DNA from: a virus
Strand: one strand, 5' to 3'
DNA: 64,000 nucleotides
Virus record (IMG/VR): IMGVR_UViG_3300029208_000007
Part shown: piece after piece, positions 15,880-25,085 of the stretch
Position numbering within the stretch: position 1 is the first letter of the stretch
Layout of the letters: each line of letters opens with the position of its first letter
Notes under the pieces: model-generated
Database searches by the model: none
Seen by the model: only the letters and a program-made list of their open reading frames with translations
What the model was told of the DNA's origin: nothing
Made by a program: the position numbers and the translations under genes

Positions 15880-16521
15880 ATGACAAGAGAACAGGCAAAA
15901 CAGGTACTTATCGGTATGGGGATTGAGGAACCATCAGATGAACAGGTGACCAAATATCTTGATTCCGTCACAGGAGAAGTAAAAAAGGAAAAAGACAAAA
16001 ACGCTTCCCTTAAAGAAAAAGCTGATAAGGCAGAAACACTGCAAAAAGAACTTGATGAGCTGAAACAGCAAAACATGACTGATGCAGAAAAAGCAGAACT
16101 TGAACGTCAGAAAGAAAAGGCAGCAAACGAGAAAAGAATTTCTGATCTTGAATCTGCACTTGCAACTTCCCAGAAGGAAGCTCTGACAGGCAAAATTACT
16201 TCTATTTTTGCAAACGCAGGAATGAAAGGAGATGCCTATGCGGGAGCAATCAAAGCATTTTCAAATATGAATGCAAAGGATGCTCTTAAAGAAGCCCAGA
16301 CATTTGTCGATGGAATTTCCGTAGAAAATAAAAACGCTCTTGATACCGCAAAAGCAGCTTGGGAGAAAGAAGCACTTGAAAATACACCTAATCCCGGTGG
16401 CGGTAAATCTGGTGGAGAACCAGAAAAGAAAAGCGAAGCATCTGAATACGCAAAAGCGTACTCAGCAAGAATGAATCAAGAAGCCAAGGCGGCAGATGAT
16501 AATGCCCCGGTAAATATTTAA
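15880..16521 (+). CDS. scaffolding protein
   Basis: Coiled-coil, charged protein located between portal and capsid. ATG follows AAAGGAG. Confidence 0.65.
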   Translation: MTREQAKQVLIGMGIEEPSDEQVTKYLDSVTGEVKKEKDKNASLKEKADKAETLQKELDELKQQNMTDAEKAELERQKEKAANEKRISDLESALATSQKEALTGKITSIFANAGMKGDAYAGAIKAFSNMNAKDALKEAQTFVDGISVENKNALDTAKAAWEKEALENTPNPGGGKSGGEPEKKSEASEYAKAYSARMNQEAKAADDNAPVNI

Positions 16522-16543
16522 TTTTAGTAAAGGAGAAAAAGAC

Positions 16544-16888
16544 ATGGCTTTTATGAAAACTGAGCAGTATGAATCCAGACCTAACATCCTTGAATCTGAG
16601 GTTGGATTAGTACTCAAAACTTACACAGCAGATCAGACAAATGCTGAAACAGTTGGAACTAAGAAAATTATCAAAGCAGGTTCCGTGTATCCGACAAATG
16701 CAACAGGCGCAATCGGCATTGTGTTTGAAGATGTTGATATGACAGATGATACTAAGAGACCGATTTCTGTGATTGTTGCAGGGCGTGTTCTTGAAAAAAG
16801 ACTTCCAGTAACAGTTGATGAAACTGCAAAAACTGAACTTGAGAAATCAGGAATCGTTTTTGTAACTACAGAAGACCCAGTATTTTAA
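16544..16888 (+). CDS. putative head decoration / accessory capsid protein
   Basis: The call rests only on its position between the scaffold and capsid genes. Confidence 0.35.
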   Translation: MAFMKTEQYESRPNILESEVGLVLKTYTADQTNAETVGTKKIIKAGSVYPTNATGAIGIVFEDVDMTDDTKRPISVIVAGRVLEKRLPVTVDETAKTELEKSGIVFVTTEDPVF

Positions 16889-16900
16889 GGAGGTATAACA

Positions 16901-17935
16901 ATGCCATTTAATGTTTTAGAATCCATCACAGAGGAAGAGAGACTTAATTTCTCCCAGAGTTTTGATGTAAAAAGACCTGGTATCCTTGATACTATTTTTC
17001 CAGATATAAAAACACAATATCTGAAAGCCGAATATTACAGACTTATGGCCGGACAGAGACTTCCAGAAGTAGCGTTTGTTCATGCTCTTGATACTGAAGC
17101 AGAAATCGGTACAAGACCAGGATTCGAAAAAGTACTGACTGAAAAACTTTTCATTAAAAGAAAAATCAATCAGTCTGAAAGATTACGTCAGGCAATCGAA
17201 AATGGTGTGCCGGACAACGAAGCACTGAAAAACTTTGTATTTGATGATGCAGCTAACCTGTTTGAAGGCGTTGTTGCAAGAGCAAATGTTATGAAAGGAC
17301 AGTTCCTTTCTACTGGTGCTGTAACAGTCAAAGAAAACCATGTTGATATGGGAATCGACTATGGCGTTCCAACAACTGCAAAAGTAACACTTACCAACTG
17401 GGCTACACCAGAAGCAGATATCATGGGCGATATCCAGAAAATGGTAGCTGTAGCAGAAGACAATGGTTATGTAGTTAATAAAGCCCTTACTTCTCTCAAA
17501 ATGATTAACTACATGAGAAATAACACTGCTATGCAGACAGCAGTTCTGGGGGCATCCAATAAACGTCTTCTGACAAAACAGGAACTTGCAAATCTGCTTA
17601 TGCAGGAATACGGAATCACAATTGATCGTTGCGATGAGAAATTCCACTTCAGAAAAGCAGATGGTTCTCTTAAAACAGGCAGATACTTCAAAGAAGATGT
17701 ATTTACTCTGTATGAAGCAGATGCAAACGGTTCTTTCGGTACAGGACTCTGGGGCGTGACACCTGAGGAACTTGAATACAGACAGTTCATTCAGGAAGAA
17801 AACCGTTCTTTCGTAACACTGTCCATGTGGGCTACACAGGATCCGGTTGCAGTATGGACAAAAGCGTCCGGTATGTTTGTTCCGGTTGCTCCGAAAGCTA
17901 ATGGCGGTATCGTTATCGGTACAAAGGGGGAATAA
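16901..17935 (+). CDS. major capsid protein (protein E-like family)
   Basis: Size, position and an E-family-like sequence. Confidence 0.8.
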   Translation: MPFNVLESITEEERLNFSQSFDVKRPGILDTIFPDIKTQYLKAEYYRLMAGQRLPEVAFVHALDTEAEIGTRPGFEKVLTEKLFIKRKINQSERLRQAIENGVPDNEALKNFVFDDAANLFEGVVARANVMKGQFLSTGAVTVKENHVDMGIDYGVPTTAKVTLTNWATPEADIMGDIQKMVAVAEDNGYVVNKALTSLKMINYMRNNTAMQTAVLGASNKRLLTKQELANLLMQEYGITIDRCDEKFHFRKADGSLKTGRYFKEDVFTLYEADANGSFGTGLWGVTPEELEYRQFIQEENRSFVTLSMWATQDPVAVWTKASGMFVPVAPKANGGIVIGTKGE

Positions 17936-18135
17936 GCGGGCATAGTCTTGATGAAAACAGCCAGTCACCGGTTGTAGCAAGTGTTGAAGCTGAAGAACCA
18001 ACACATAAATACATAGAAAGCGAGCTGTCTAGCATGACTGTACCACAGTTAAGACAGCTTGCAAGTGATAATGGCTATGCCCTGACCTCAACAAATAAGG
18101 CTGGTATCATTTCTGAAATATTATCTCAGCAGTAA
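17923..18135 (+). other. putative -1 frameshift site (A AAG GGG) and 69-codon capsid extension
   Basis: An XXXYYYZ heptamer at 17923-17929 lies in the last codons of the capsid ORF. The -1 frame is open from 17902 to 18135 with no start codon before 18034. The extension ends in a HeH/Rho-N-like motif TVPQLRQLASDNGY..KAGIISEIL. Confidence 0.45.
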
Positions 18136-18158
18136 CGCAGAAAGAGGCGGTGAATTAA

Positions 18159-18485
18159 ATGAATGAAGAACTTATGGAAGAATTATCACTTTATTTAGCA
18201 GATAATCCAGAATCTGAGTCCATACTCACTCTTTCTGTAAACCGGGCAATTCGTTCATTTAAAAATAAGCGAAATTACCCCTCTAGTTACACTGATGATA
18301 AAATCAAAAACGACATGAAAAAATGCTATGATTGTATTTTTGACTTGGCGCTTTACTTTCTGGTTAAACAGGGGGCAGAGTTCCAAGGATCACATTCTGA
18401 ATCTTCTGTAAATAGAAGTTGGGAATCTGAAACCGAAATTTATATTAATCATGGTGTTTTTCCTTTTGCTGGAAGTTTCAATTAA
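18159..18485 (+). CDS. head-tail connector (gp6-like)
   Basis: N-terminal LSLYLADNP..LTLSVNRAIRSFKN pattern and position. Confidence 0.6.
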   Translation: MNEELMEELSLYLADNPESESILTLSVNRAIRSFKNKRNYPSSYTDDKIKNDMKKCYDCIFDLALYFLVKQGAEFQGSHSESSVNRSWESETEIYINHGVFPFAGSFN

Positions 18486-18595
18486 AAAAGATGGGATGGA
18501 ACGCAATGTGTTTTTCCTCCCGGCACATTGCAGGGTTGCTCGTTAAAGCAGGGAAAGAGCAAAAATCTTATAGGGAGTGAAAGAAAGGAAAAGCG

Positions 18596-18907
18596 ATGGG
18601 ATGTGAACATGAGTGCTTTAACAATCACCGCTTCGAAGAAATTGAAAAAAATATTCATGATATGCAGGAAAAGCAGTCTGAAAGACACAAGGAATTTTAT
18701 TCTAGAATTAATAAACTCGAACAGAAGACTGCCCTGTATAGCAATGACTTAGATCATATCAAAGAAACAGTCGATGAGATGAACAACAATTTAAAAATTC
18801 TCATGGCAGTCCCTGGCAAACGTTATGACACCATTATTGTATGCATTATAACAGCAGTCGTGGGAGCAGTTGTAGGATTTATGTTGAGCGGTGTATTTCC
18901 TATGTAA
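18596..18907 (+). CDS. XhlA-like coiled-coil protein with C-terminal TM helix
   Basis: Coiled coil plus the C-terminal helix IIVCIITAVVGAVVGFMLSGVF. Confidence 0.4.
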   Translation: MGCEHECFNNHRFEEIEKNIHDMQEKQSERHKEFYSRINKLEQKTALYSNDLDHIKETVDEMNNNLKILMAVPGKRYDTIIVCIITAVVGAVVGFMLSGVFPM

Positions 18908-18946
18908 CAAATCGATTCCACTTGTAAGGGAGGACGGTGGAGTTAT

Positions 18947-19201
18947 ATGAATTATGCGGATTTTTCAGAAGATGAAAGAAAATTTTACTTGCAAGAAGCA
19001 GGTTTTGATTCACGTGAAGAAAAATTATTTCGATTACGGGCTTATGGCGAAAAAACATTATGGGAAGCATCTGAATTAATGGGGTACAGTCCCAGAACCA
19101 TAGACCGAATCAATAGAAAAATAAAAAAGAAAATTACCAAAGTTGCCCCGATGTATATTCGGGGCTTTTCTTTGTATAATGGCGGAAATGTGGCGAAATA
19201 G
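18947..19201 (+). CDS. small HTH (sigma region-4-like) protein
   Basis: KTLWEASELMGYSPRTIDRINRKI. Confidence 0.45.
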   Translation: MNYADFSEDERKFYLQEAGFDSREEKLFRLRAYGEKTLWEASELMGYSPRTIDRINRKIKKKITKVAPMYIRGFSLYNGGNVAK

Positions 19202-19356
19202 TGACGTTCAAATACAGTGTTCCTTCCTATATAATATAATCATAGGAGAAAACGTAATGATTATATTAAGAAACCCTTACGAGGGTATATGGGAAAAGCA
19301 TCGTTCTATAGATGATATGGATATGATTCTTGAATCCCGGACAGGAGGAACAGATT

Positions 19357-19857
19357 ATGGCAGGTTATCCGTATTATCCGCAACAGCCAATGATGAGCAA
19401 CCCTTACGGACAAATACAGCCGTATCAAGACAGGTTGGCACAATTACAGAATAACTATCAACAGGCAATGCCATATGGACAAATGCAGATGCAGCAGCCT
19501 GTACAACAAATGCAGCAAATGCCGATGCTTCAAGGGCAGATGGTTGATGGCATTGATACTGTAAAAGCAAAAGATGTAGATATGTCTGGAAATCCTGTTT
19601 ATTATCCAAAAACAGATGGTACAGAAGTCTACAGGAAACAATTACAAGCAGACGGAAGAAGCAAAATTTTTGTTTACCGACTTGTCAATCCAGAAGCAGA
19701 GCAGCAACAGGAAGAACCAAAGCAGGTTGATCTAGTTGCTATGATTAATCAGCTTCGGAATGATGTTTGCTCTGAGATTTCTGAAATAAAAAACATGTTC
19801 CCGACACAAATGTCGGAGACATCGGTATCTAAGCAGAACGGAGGTAAGCAAAGATGA
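19357..19857 (+). CDS. Q/P/M-rich low-complexity protein
   Basis: ATG follows GGAGGA. The N-terminus is MAGYPYYPQQPMMSNPYGQIQPYQ...MQMQQPVQQMQQMPMLQGQ. Confidence 0.55.
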   Translation: MAGYPYYPQQPMMSNPYGQIQPYQDRLAQLQNNYQQAMPYGQMQMQQPVQQMQQMPMLQGQMVDGIDTVKAKDVDMSGNPVYYPKTDGTEVYRKQLQADGRSKIFVYRLVNPEAEQQQEEPKQVDLVAMINQLRNDVCSEISEIKNMFPTQMSETSVSKQNGGKQR

Positions 19858-20099
19858 GTTTCAATCCTAATGCCATGATGAAAAAGCAATTTGAGAAAAT
19901 GATTTCTCAGAGGTTCGGAAGTGTGGATAACATGATGAACGATATGAGTAAATTTGCAGGAAACAATCCGACATTGAAGAATGCGTTGGATTTATACAAA
20001 AAAGGTGATACAGATCAATTACATCAAATACAGCAAAATGTATTTAATGAAAAGCACTTATCACCAGACGGAATTATCCAGAAATTCCTTGGATTATAA
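19854..20099 (+). CDS. hypothetical protein
   Basis: ORF with an overlapping start. Confidence 0.5.
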   Translation: MSFNPNAMMKKQFEKMISQRFGSVDNMMNDMSKFAGNNPTLKNALDLYKKGDTDQLHQIQQNVFNEKHLSPDGIIQKFLGL

Positions 20100-20195
20100 C
20101 ATTTCCCCATAATTGGGTGATTAAAAATCGCTACAATTTGGGACGACAGCCGCGGATGTCTCCTATTGTAAATAATATTTAAGGAGACTAAAAAC

Positions 20196-20996
20196 ATGAT
20201 GAATGGTTCAAATTACAGCCTTAGTGACATTGCAGCTGCTACAGGCTCTAATAACCGTGCCAATGACATGTGGGGCGGTGATGGATTTTCACTTATCTGG
20301 CTTGTCTTGATCTTTGCTATCTTCGGATGGGGAGGTTTTGGCGGCTGGGGCGGCGGCTTCGGTGGCAATGGTGCAAATGGTGCTGGATTCCAAGGATGGG
20401 CCACACGTGCAGATATCAATGAGAGTTTTGCTCTTAACGATATTCAGAATGGTATCAGAGGTATTCAGCAGGGCATCTGTGACAGCACATATGCTCTCAA
20501 CAATACCATGCAGAGTGGTTTCAATGGTGTGAATGTTGGAATGCTTCAGGGCTTCAATGGTGTTCAACAGGCAATTAACGCTGATACAGTAGCTAATATG
20601 CAGAACACAAACGCATTGCAGTCTCAGTTAGCTCAGTGTTGCTGCGACAACAGGGAAGCTATCCAGGGTATCAACTACAACCTGGCAACCAACACTTGTG
20701 CTCTTCAAAACACAATGAACAACAATACCAGAGATATTCTGGACAATCAGAACAGCAATACAAGAGCAATCCTTGATTTCTTGACGAATGATAAGATTGC
20801 AACATTGCAGGCAGAGAACTCTGATCTGAAGCGTGCTGCATCTCAGGATCGCCAGTCCGCGCTGATTGTAACTGAAATGAATGCACAGACGCAGCGATTA
20901 ATCAATTCAATCAATCCATCCCCGATTCCTGCATTTCAGGTACCGGCTCCGTATGCATACGCAGGATGCAACGGATATGGAAACGGTTGCTGCTAA
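20196..20996 (+). CDS. Gly/Trp-rich membrane-anchored, N/Q-rich protein with CCC and C-terminal GCNGYGNGCC motifs
   Basis: TM helix LIWLVLIFAIF followed by GWGGFGGWGGGFGGNGANGAGFQGW. The rest is N/Q-rich with repeats. Confidence 0.6.
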   Translation: MMNGSNYSLSDIAAATGSNNRANDMWGGDGFSLIWLVLIFAIFGWGGFGGWGGGFGGNGANGAGFQGWATRADINESFALNDIQNGIRGIQQGICDSTYALNNTMQSGFNGVNVGMLQGFNGVQQAINADTVANMQNTNALQSQLAQCCCDNREAIQGINYNLATNTCALQNTMNNNTRDILDNQNSNTRAILDFLTNDKIATLQAENSDLKRAASQDRQSALIVTEMNAQTQRLINSINPSPIPAFQVPAPYAYAGCNGYGNGCC

Positions 20997-21073
20997 GTAA
21001 CTCGCCCTTAGAGGTTGACTAATTCTAAGAGGTGGGTTGCGGCTCACCTCTTATTTGATTGAGAGGTAGAAAT

Positions 21074-21499
21074 ATGAGTTGTAAAAATGTTTGTAAGCTC
21101 TGCAACCATCTTGTGATAAGCCAGTCTGTCGCATTCACTGGTGGGAATCTTGTGGTTACACTCCCGGCAGGCAGTTATTCCAATGGAGAAAAGTATTGCA
21201 TTGTTATCGCACAAAGCATACCAGAAGCCACTACGATTACTGCCCCGGTAATGATTCAAATAGGAACAGGAACAACTTTGTATCCGCTAGAGAATCGTTG
21301 CTGCGCACAGGTTACAGCTTGTGGCGTAAGAACCAGAACGAAGTACGCAACCAGAGTAGCTACAAGTGCAACTGGTGGAGTATTCAAGATGCTAGGAAAC
21401 CCGGCTTGTAGTCCGAGTAATAATTTAACTGCAATTAATGGTACAGCCCCAACAACAGACATACCTGTTACACAGGCTGTTAGAAAGGGGGCACTGTAA
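21074..21499 (+). CDS. Cys-rich protein of unknown function
   Basis: MSCKNVCKLCNHL ... RCCAQVTACG. ATG follows GAGAGG. Confidence 0.55.
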   Translation: MSCKNVCKLCNHLVISQSVAFTGGNLVVTLPAGSYSNGEKYCIVIAQSIPEATTITAPVMIQIGTGTTLYPLENRCCAQVTACGVRTRTKYATRVATSATGGVFKMLGNPACSPSNNLTAINGTAPTTDIPVTQAVRKGAL

Positions 21500-22125
21500 T
21501 GCATAAAGTTGCAATGGAAATGGGAAAATGGGCTATGGAAAAAGCCAAAACACATGGCTTCGACAATCTCAGCGCTCAAGACTGGGACGATTTGAAAGAC
21601 TGCATGGAAGCTGTAAAGTGTGCGATTTGTGCAGATAAAGATTACAGAATCGTAGAAGCTATGGACGAATGCGAACAGGAAGAGAAATATCTTGGTCGCA
21701 TGGGATATGACAGGTATCGTTACGCAAACGGCAGATTTGCCCCGAAAGGCAAAGGAAGTCGTATGGGATATAAACCATATCTGTACATGGAAGATGATGA
21801 CTGGATGGACGAGTATCTGAACAATCCAGAGTTCGAACGTAATATGTACCGCATGGGTTATCATCCAGACCGTAGTGATATGAGAATGGATGGAATGAAC
21901 CATAAGCAGTCCAGATATGGCGAAAGCTATGACAGATACAGCGAGAACCGCAGGCATTACCATGATTCCAATGATACAGAATCTAAGAGAAAAATGGATG
22001 ATTCCATGAAAGAGTATACATCTGACATTATCCGTAATCTTACAGAGATGTGGTCAGATGCAGATGCGACTCTTAGACAGTCGATGAAAACTGACTTAAC
22101 TCGCCTGATACAGCAGATGAATTAA
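21499..22125 (+). CDS. protein with RMGY repeats, unknown function
   Basis: GRMGYDRYRY, SRMGYKPYLY and YRMGYHPDRS. Confidence 0.55.
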   Translation: MHKVAMEMGKWAMEKAKTHGFDNLSAQDWDDLKDCMEAVKCAICADKDYRIVEAMDECEQEEKYLGRMGYDRYRYANGRFAPKGKGSRMGYKPYLYMEDDDWMDEYLNNPEFERNMYRMGYHPDRSDMRMDGMNHKQSRYGESYDRYSENRRHYHDSNDTESKRKMDDSMKEYTSDIIRNLTEMWSDADATLRQSMKTDLTRLIQQMN

Positions 22126-22191
22126 CAAATAAGAATTAAATTTAGTCCTTGTTACAGGAATGTAACAGGGGCTTTTTAATTAGGGAGATTG

Positions 22192-22521
22192 ATGATGGAA
22201 AAATGTGTAATAAATGTTCTTGGAACGAATTACAGAATTATTCCAAAAGAACTTAAAAATGCAGATATTGACGGCCTTACAGATAATACTGCAAAGGAAA
22301 TTGTTATCAGAACGGACAACGTAAATAACATTGGTGATTTTGACTTCTTACAGAAAAAGCAGTTGAGACACGAAATTATTCATGCATTCTTGTCGGAAAG
22401 TGGATTGCAGTGCAATTGGCAACATATGGAACAGTTCGGACATGATGAAACCACAGTTGATTGGTTTGCGATTCAATCTCCAAAGATTTTTGAAGTATTC
22501 AAAGGACTTGATTTAATATGA
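22192..22521 (+). CDS. mini HExxH metallopeptidase-like protein
   Basis: HEIIH motif preceded by TAKEIVIRTD, an ImmA/SprT-like layout. Confidence 0.5.
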   Translation: MMEKCVINVLGTNYRIIPKELKNADIDGLTDNTAKEIVIRTDNVNNIGDFDFLQKKQLRHEIIHAFLSESGLQCNWQHMEQFGHDETTVDWFAIQSPKIFEVFKGLDLI

Positions 22522-22539
22522 AAAGGATGGTAATAAACC

Positions 22540-22926
22540 ATGCTAAGACAATTTTATATGAACGGGGACTTGTGGAAAACTCGCTTTGTTTCGCCCTATG
22601 ATGATGTTCTGATTGATCGTACAGGCGAAAGAACTCTTGCGGTATCGGATTATTCAACAAAGATAATTTCAATCGTAAACAACCTGTATGGAGAACTTCT
22701 GAACCGTGTATTTATTCATGAGTTGGGACATTGCGTAATGTTCAGCTACGGTCTATTGCCAGAACTTCACCGTATGGTCAAGAAACAGTATTGGGTGGAT
22801 GCAGAGGAATTTGTGTGTAATATGCTTGCCGATTACGGATGCTTTGTAATTGGCGTTGCAAAAGATGTTTTAGGAAACCAATTTACTTATGTGTCCCCTG
22901 TTGGAGTAGAAAAAATGATTGCATAA
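22540..22926 (+). CDS. mini HExxH metallopeptidase-like protein
   Basis: HELGH motif preceded by STKIISIV. Confidence 0.5.
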   Translation: MLRQFYMNGDLWKTRFVSPYDDVLIDRTGERTLAVSDYSTKIISIVNNLYGELLNRVFIHELGHCVMFSYGLLPELHRMVKKQYWVDAEEFVCNMLADYGCFVIGVAKDVLGNQFTYVSPVGVEKMIA

Positions 22927-22989
22927 ATGAAAACCCTATTTTGCCAACTGTAAATGATGATGGTGTACTTATTTTTTAGGAGGTAGTTC

Positions 22990-24522
22990 ATGGCAGAATC
23001 AATTTTAAAAATCCATACTCAAAACGGAGATATTCCAGTTGGGTATCCAGGCTTAGCAAACAAGCCTATCGCAGATAAAACTTTGAGCGAAGAGGGAGCA
23101 TTTGCCGACTCCAAAGCCGTAGGGGATAAATTTAAAGAAGCAAAGGCAGAAACTGATTCACTAAAGGAAGATTTAGATAACTATATACATAAACCTAATT
23201 TAGAAGATGATGATAAATTTCCACGTGCTAAAAACGGAAGTGTTGAATGGGTTGAGCAAGGATTACCAACAGATGAGCAAACATCTAGTGCAATTAATAG
23301 CTGGTTGAATGCACATCCAGATGCTACGACTACTGTACAAGATGGTGCGATTACAGAAAATAAAATTAATGCGAATTTCTTACATTACATAAAAAATGGT
23401 TATTTTACACCAGAAATGTTTGGTGCAATTGGAAATGGTATTGCTGATGACACTGAATCTGTACAAAAATGTTTAGACTTTAAAAAAAATAACGGATATA
23501 ATGTATTTTTATCCGGAAAATACAAAATAACAAATCCATTAATTATTACTGGATATAGCATTAACATTTTTGGAAATGGACAAATCTTATATGACGGAAT
23601 TGATTTTGCCATAAAAATACATGGCTGTGTAAATTCAAATATAACTTTAAATAGAATTGACGCACCTAATGGTAGAGGTATTTATTTTTATGGAACAAGC
23701 AATAAAGATTTTAATCAATATATAAACCTATACATAAATAATATCCATGCAAAAGACATCTGCATAAAACATGATAAAAATCATTATTCATGGTCTAATG
23801 AAATAAGAATATATAATACAAGATTTTCGTCAACTAACTATACAGCTGGCAATAATTCTATAGCATTACAAATTAACAGTGATGGCACAGAACCAATTAA
23901 TGGCTGGCACTTAACTAATGTTGGGTTTGAGGGTATTGATATTGGTGTTGAATTAAAAAATACAGATATATCAAAAGATAGAAGTATCAGTATTGCATTA
24001 ATTAATCTTAGATTCGGAGAAAATATTAGGAAAATTATTAAAACAAGTGGATATTGCTATTTTGAGTTATTGACAGCTAACAAATATACACGTAAAAACT
24101 TTTTTGAACTTTCTAATCTTACATGGGGTGTTATATATGGAAATGTAACATCAGAGGATTATGGATACCTATCATCTACTTGTATAATTGATAAAGGTTT
24201 GTTTTGTCCTACAAATCTACAAAGTAATAACTTATCATTTACGGACAGCAGAGTTAAAATAGATTTAAATGAAATAAGTACATATCTAACTAATATTAAT
24301 ATTAGAACAAACAATGACTGCGAACTTATCTTGAATGAGTACTATAATTACAAAGGAGTTAGAGAATTTAAAATAAATGTATTTAATCAGGGTACTAATT
24401 TAACAATAAAAAATCGCAATAATGTTGTAATTGGTACATTAAATAATTTAAAATTAGCAGTTTACACGCTTTATTTTATATATGATAATAACACATTAAA
24501 TTCTTACTACTGTTCTAAATAG
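22990..24522 (+). CDS. tailspike / depolymerase-like protein (pectate-lyase-3 beta-helix)
   Basis: FGAIGNGIADDTESVQKCLD is the signature of pectate-lyase-superfamily tailspikes. The N-terminus is fibre-anchor-like. Confidence 0.65.
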   Translation: MAESILKIHTQNGDIPVGYPGLANKPIADKTLSEEGAFADSKAVGDKFKEAKAETDSLKEDLDNYIHKPNLEDDDKFPRAKNGSVEWVEQGLPTDEQTSSAINSWLNAHPDATTTVQDGAITENKINANFLHYIKNGYFTPEMFGAIGNGIADDTESVQKCLDFKKNNGYNVFLSGKYKITNPLIITGYSINIFGNGQILYDGIDFAIKIHGCVNSNITLNRIDAPNGRGIYFYGTSNKDFNQYINLYINNIHAKDICIKHDKNHYSWSNEIRIYNTRFSSTNYTAGNNSIALQINSDGTEPINGWHLTNVGFEGIDIGVELKNTDISKDRSISIALINLRFGENIRKIIKTSGYCYFELLTANKYTRKNFFELSNLTWGVIYGNVTSEDYGYLSSTCIIDKGLFCPTNLQSNNLSFTDSRVKIDLNEISTYLTNINIRTNNDCELILNEYYNYKGVREFKINVFNQGTNLTIKNRNNVVIGTLNNLKLAVYTLYFIYDNNTLNSYYCSK

Positions 24523-24653
24523 AAATAAACGAAACCTTATCTTATTCTATTTGAGGAACATGAATTTATGAACACATTCATTGAAGATTTTATTAGAAGT
24601 ATCTAGTTAACTAAAGAATAAGTCGAAAGAGATATGGAATAGGAGTGCGTTGT

Positions 24654-25085
24654 ATGAGCTACAAAGTATTAGATGTGTGTAAGTATGTGATTAATTATAG
24701 TAATCAAAAAGATTATGGTATATCTAATTTAAAACTACAAAAGATACTTTATTTCGTTCAGGCATATTTTTTAATAAGTGAACCGAGCAGATGTTGTTTT
24801 GAAGAAAAAATAGAGGCATGGGATTTTGGTCCGGTTGTTCCCAAAGCTTATAGAGAATATAAGCAATTTGGTAGTAGTGATATTCCTGATACAGGGGATA
24901 ATATCAATATTATATCTGATGAGGATCAAAAACTTATAAGGACAGTAATTGAAAAGTTTGCGGACTATTCAGCAACTGATCTAGTAAGTCTGACACATAA
25001 TCAGTCTCCGTGGATTGATGCATATATTCCTTGTATGAATAGAGAGATTACTCCGGAGGCAATAAGGGAGTATTTTAATGGCTGA
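24654..25085 (+). CDS. Panacea (DUF4065, SocA/GepA-like) domain antitoxin
   Basis: ISNLKLQKILYFVQAYFL...IEAWDFGPVVPKAYREYKQFG. Confidence 0.75.
   Translation: MSYKVLDVCKYVINYSNQKDYGISNLKLQKILYFVQAYFLISEPSRCCFEEKIEAWDFGPVVPKAYREYKQFGSSDIPDTGDNINIISDEDQKLIRTVIEKFADYSATDLVSLTHNQSPWIDAYIPCMNREITPEAIREYFNG

Noticed and set aside
17183-18004. Long minus-strand ORFs overlapping + strand structural genes. These include 17183..18004, 21256..21963, 26180..26842, 33380..33940, 35195..35584, 42354..42806 and 53794..54204.
   Set aside because: They lie antisense to strongly supported genes or repeats. They have no RBS and odd Cys/Phe/Leu-rich composition typical of shadow ORFs.
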